Source of the DNA: Patescibacteria group bacterium
GTDB lineage: Bacteria > Patescibacteriota > Minisyncoccia > Minisyncoccales > Staskawiczbacteraceae
Assembly: GCA_038065715.1 (NCBI GenBank)
Contig: JBBTQL010000007.1
Coordinates: 49,643-113,642 of the forward strand
Direction: 5' to 3'
DNA length: 64,000 bases
Below, piece by piece: positions 62,409-64,000 of the stretch. Below the pieces are notes generated by a model that saw only the letters and a list, made by a program, of their open reading frames with translations, was not told the DNA's origin and ran no database searches. The position numbers were made by a program, and so were the translations under genes. Positions within the stretch are counted from its first letter, which is position 1. Every line of letters starts with the position of its first letter.

Positions 62409-63386
62409 ATGGCAAGCAAAAAATTAAAATTTATTGATTTTTGCGCTGGTATTGGCGGGGGACGTTTGGGTTTGGAAAATTTAGGCATGAAGTGTGTCGG
62501 TTTTTCGGAGATTGATAAGTACTCGGAATACACATATAGGATGTTTTTTGGTAACGAAGAAAAAAATTATGGCAACTTAATGAGGATAGATCCAAAAAAT
62601 TTACCCGATTTTGATTTAATGATTGCTGGTTTTCCGTGTCAGACTTTTTCAGTAGCCGGAAAAAGAAAAGGGATGGAGGATAAAAGGGGGCAAATAATTT
62701 ATGGTTTAATTAAAATAATGAAAGAGAAAAACTTGCCATTTTTCATTTTAGAAAATGTAAAAGGATTGGTTAATCATGATGGCGGAGACACATTGAAAAC
62801 AATTTTAAAAGAACTAGACGAGGCTGGATATAAAGTTTACAGCGAAGTGTTGAACAGTTTGAATCTAGGAGTTCCGCAAATGCGAGAAAGAATTTATTTT
62901 GTAGGTATAAGAAAAGATTTAGTTTCTAAAAATACAGAGTTTCAATGGCCCATGCCCATCAAAACCCCAGACGTAGAGGAATATTTGATAGATAATAAGG
63001 AATTAGAATTTACTGAAAAACAAAAAGCTTATGAAACATTTCTGAGATTTTTAGACAATAAATACAATAAAGGATTATTTAAAATAGAAAGTTTGCTAAA
63101 AGACGACTATTTAGTTTTAGACACTCGTCAATCAGATCTAAGATTATATAAAAGAAAAGTTCCCACATTGAGGACCGGAAGACACGGTATTTTGTATGTT
63201 AAAAATAAAAAATTTAGAAAGTTATCCGGTTTTGAATCTCTGCTTTTGCAGGGATTTCCCAAAGAATTATCCCAAAAGACTAATAGAAAAATAGCTGATA
63301 TTTATTTGCTGAGCCAAGCGGGTAATGCAATGACTGTTAGCGCCATAGAGTCAGTTGGTAAAGAATTAATAAATTATATTTCATAG
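62409..63386 (+). CDS. DNA (cytosine-5) methyltransferase
   Basis: Motif I FCAGIGG, motif IV GFPCQTFS, ENVKGL, QAGNAMTV. Confidence 0.93.
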   Translation: MASKKLKFIDFCAGIGGGRLGLENLGMKCVGFSEIDKYSEYTYRMFFGNEEKNYGNLMRIDPKNLPDFDLMIAGFPCQTFSVAGKRKGMEDKRGQIIYGLIKIMKEKNLPFFILENVKGLVNHDGGDTLKTILKELDEAGYKVYSEVLNSLNLGVPQMRERIYFVGIRKDLVSKNTEFQWPMPIKTPDVEEYLIDNKELEFTEKQKAYETFLRFLDNKYNKGLFKIESLLKDDYLVLDTRQSDLRLYKRKVPTLRTGRHGILYVKNKKFRKLSGFESLLLQGFPKELSQKTNRKIADIYLLSQAGNAMTVSAIESVGKELINYIS

Positions 63387-63387
63387 T

Positions 63388-64000
63388 ATGGATAAAAAAA
63401 AGTTGCTAAAGAAGTTAATAAAACTTGGATCTCAAACAGCGTGTGGCGGGTTTAAAAACGAAAAGGATGTAATCACGCGTTTTAATAATTGGAAAAATGA
63501 TGAAGTCTCTCAGAAGTGGCTTGAAGCCATGAATTATAAAATTGGTGATATTGAATATGTGAAAGCCGTAAAAATTCGCGGCTCATATAAAGCAGATATA
63601 CAGGTTAAGATACGAATTATAATCAAATTAAAATCACAGGAAGATTTGCAAAATTTACAAGTGAAGTTAGTTAGCAATCCTCAGGGGTTCAATCAAATAG
63701 ATAAAAGACGAGTTGATAAATATGCTGAGCTATGGGAAATCCCATCAGATACTGTAAAAATTCTTAAAATATTTACAGGGGAGATAGCGCCAATAAAAAA
63801 CGGGTTAAGAGACAAAAGGAGAATGTTCTTAGATGAAGTGGGCTTATCTGATCAAGAAAAAGTTTTAAATTTTTTTACTAAAAATAAAATTTTGATTGTT
63901 TCGGATCTGCTGAAAGGCAGAGGAGAATTTTCCGCCGATTGGATTTTAGTTATTCTAAAAGCGGATGGAAAAAATAGCTGGGTTTTGAAATCAATCAATG
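63388..64000 (+). CDS. HinP1I/MspI-family type II restriction endonuclease (3' end cut by the window)
   Basis: LGSQTACGGFKNEKDVITRFNNWK...YKADIQVKI...LQVKLVSNPQGFNQIDKR...KDKRRMF closely parallels R.HinP1I as recalled. Starts 1 nt after the MTase stop. Confidence 0.7.
   Translation, partial: MDKKKLLKKLIKLGSQTACGGFKNEKDVITRFNNWKNDEVSQKWLEAMNYKIGDIEYVKAVKIRGSYKADIQVKIRIIIKLKSQEDLQNLQVKLVSNPQGFNQIDKRRVDKYAELWEIPSDTVKILKIFTGEIAPIKNGLRDKRRMFLDEVGLSDQEKVLNFFTKNKILIVSDLLKGRGEFSADWILVILKADGKNSWVLKSIN

Overview
AT-rich window, coded almost entirely on the plus strand. It reads like a small-genome Candidate Phyla Radiation (Patescibacteria)-type bacterium: there is no rpmD (L30) between rpsE and rplO, most genes lack a Shine-Dalgarno sequence, several r-proteins carry extensions, and AlaRS is short. 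Layout: (i) 1-5.1 kb, copper-handling cluster (CuA-motif cupredoxin, double-HMA protein, CopA P-type ATPase, CopZ). (ii) 5-12.8 kb, mixed housekeeping and redox genes plus one promoter/terminator-bounded structured sRNA. (iii) 12.8-40.5 kb, str-S10-spc-alpha ribosomal super-operon (rpsL, rpsG, fusA, tuf, rpsJ ... rplO, secY, adk, map, infA, rpmJ, rpsM, rpsK, rpsD, rpoA, rplQ, rplM, rpsI). It is interrupted by minus-strand, visibly G+C-richer, SD-led small genes, by a tRNA-like sRNA pair, and by tpiA / ykuK-like / alaS. (iv) 40.5-45.6 kb, accessory island: a co-directional seven-gene cassette (beta-class MTase, unknown protein, MutH/Sau3AI-like nuclease, cytoplasmic trypsin-like protease, three small proteins), then an orphan sRNA, a Zn-ribbon protein and a stand-alone Cas4-like nuclease. 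(v) 45.6-49.8 kb, PEGA protein, esterase, acyl-CoA ligase. (vi) 49.9-61.7 kb, a 2712-aa Tc-toxin-like SpvB/FG-GAP/RHS polymorphic toxin. Its RHS region contains an inserted Ig-like domain array, and it is followed by an immunity candidate, an orphan rhs toxin tip sharing an 80-nt identical recombination anchor, and duplicated membrane-protein cassettes. (vii) 61.7-64 kb, LexA, C5-MTase and a HinP1I-like endonuclease. Cross-cutting signals: short GC-rich hairpins inserted in frame in many conserved genes; a covarying 9-bp hairpin placed exactly 8 nt upstream of three r-protein start codons; and AT-rich tandem-repeat cassettes upstream of start codons that also occur in frame inside the RHS genes. 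No rRNA, canonical tRNA, CRISPR array, transposase or integrase was recognised. All family assignments come from motif reading only; no searches were run.
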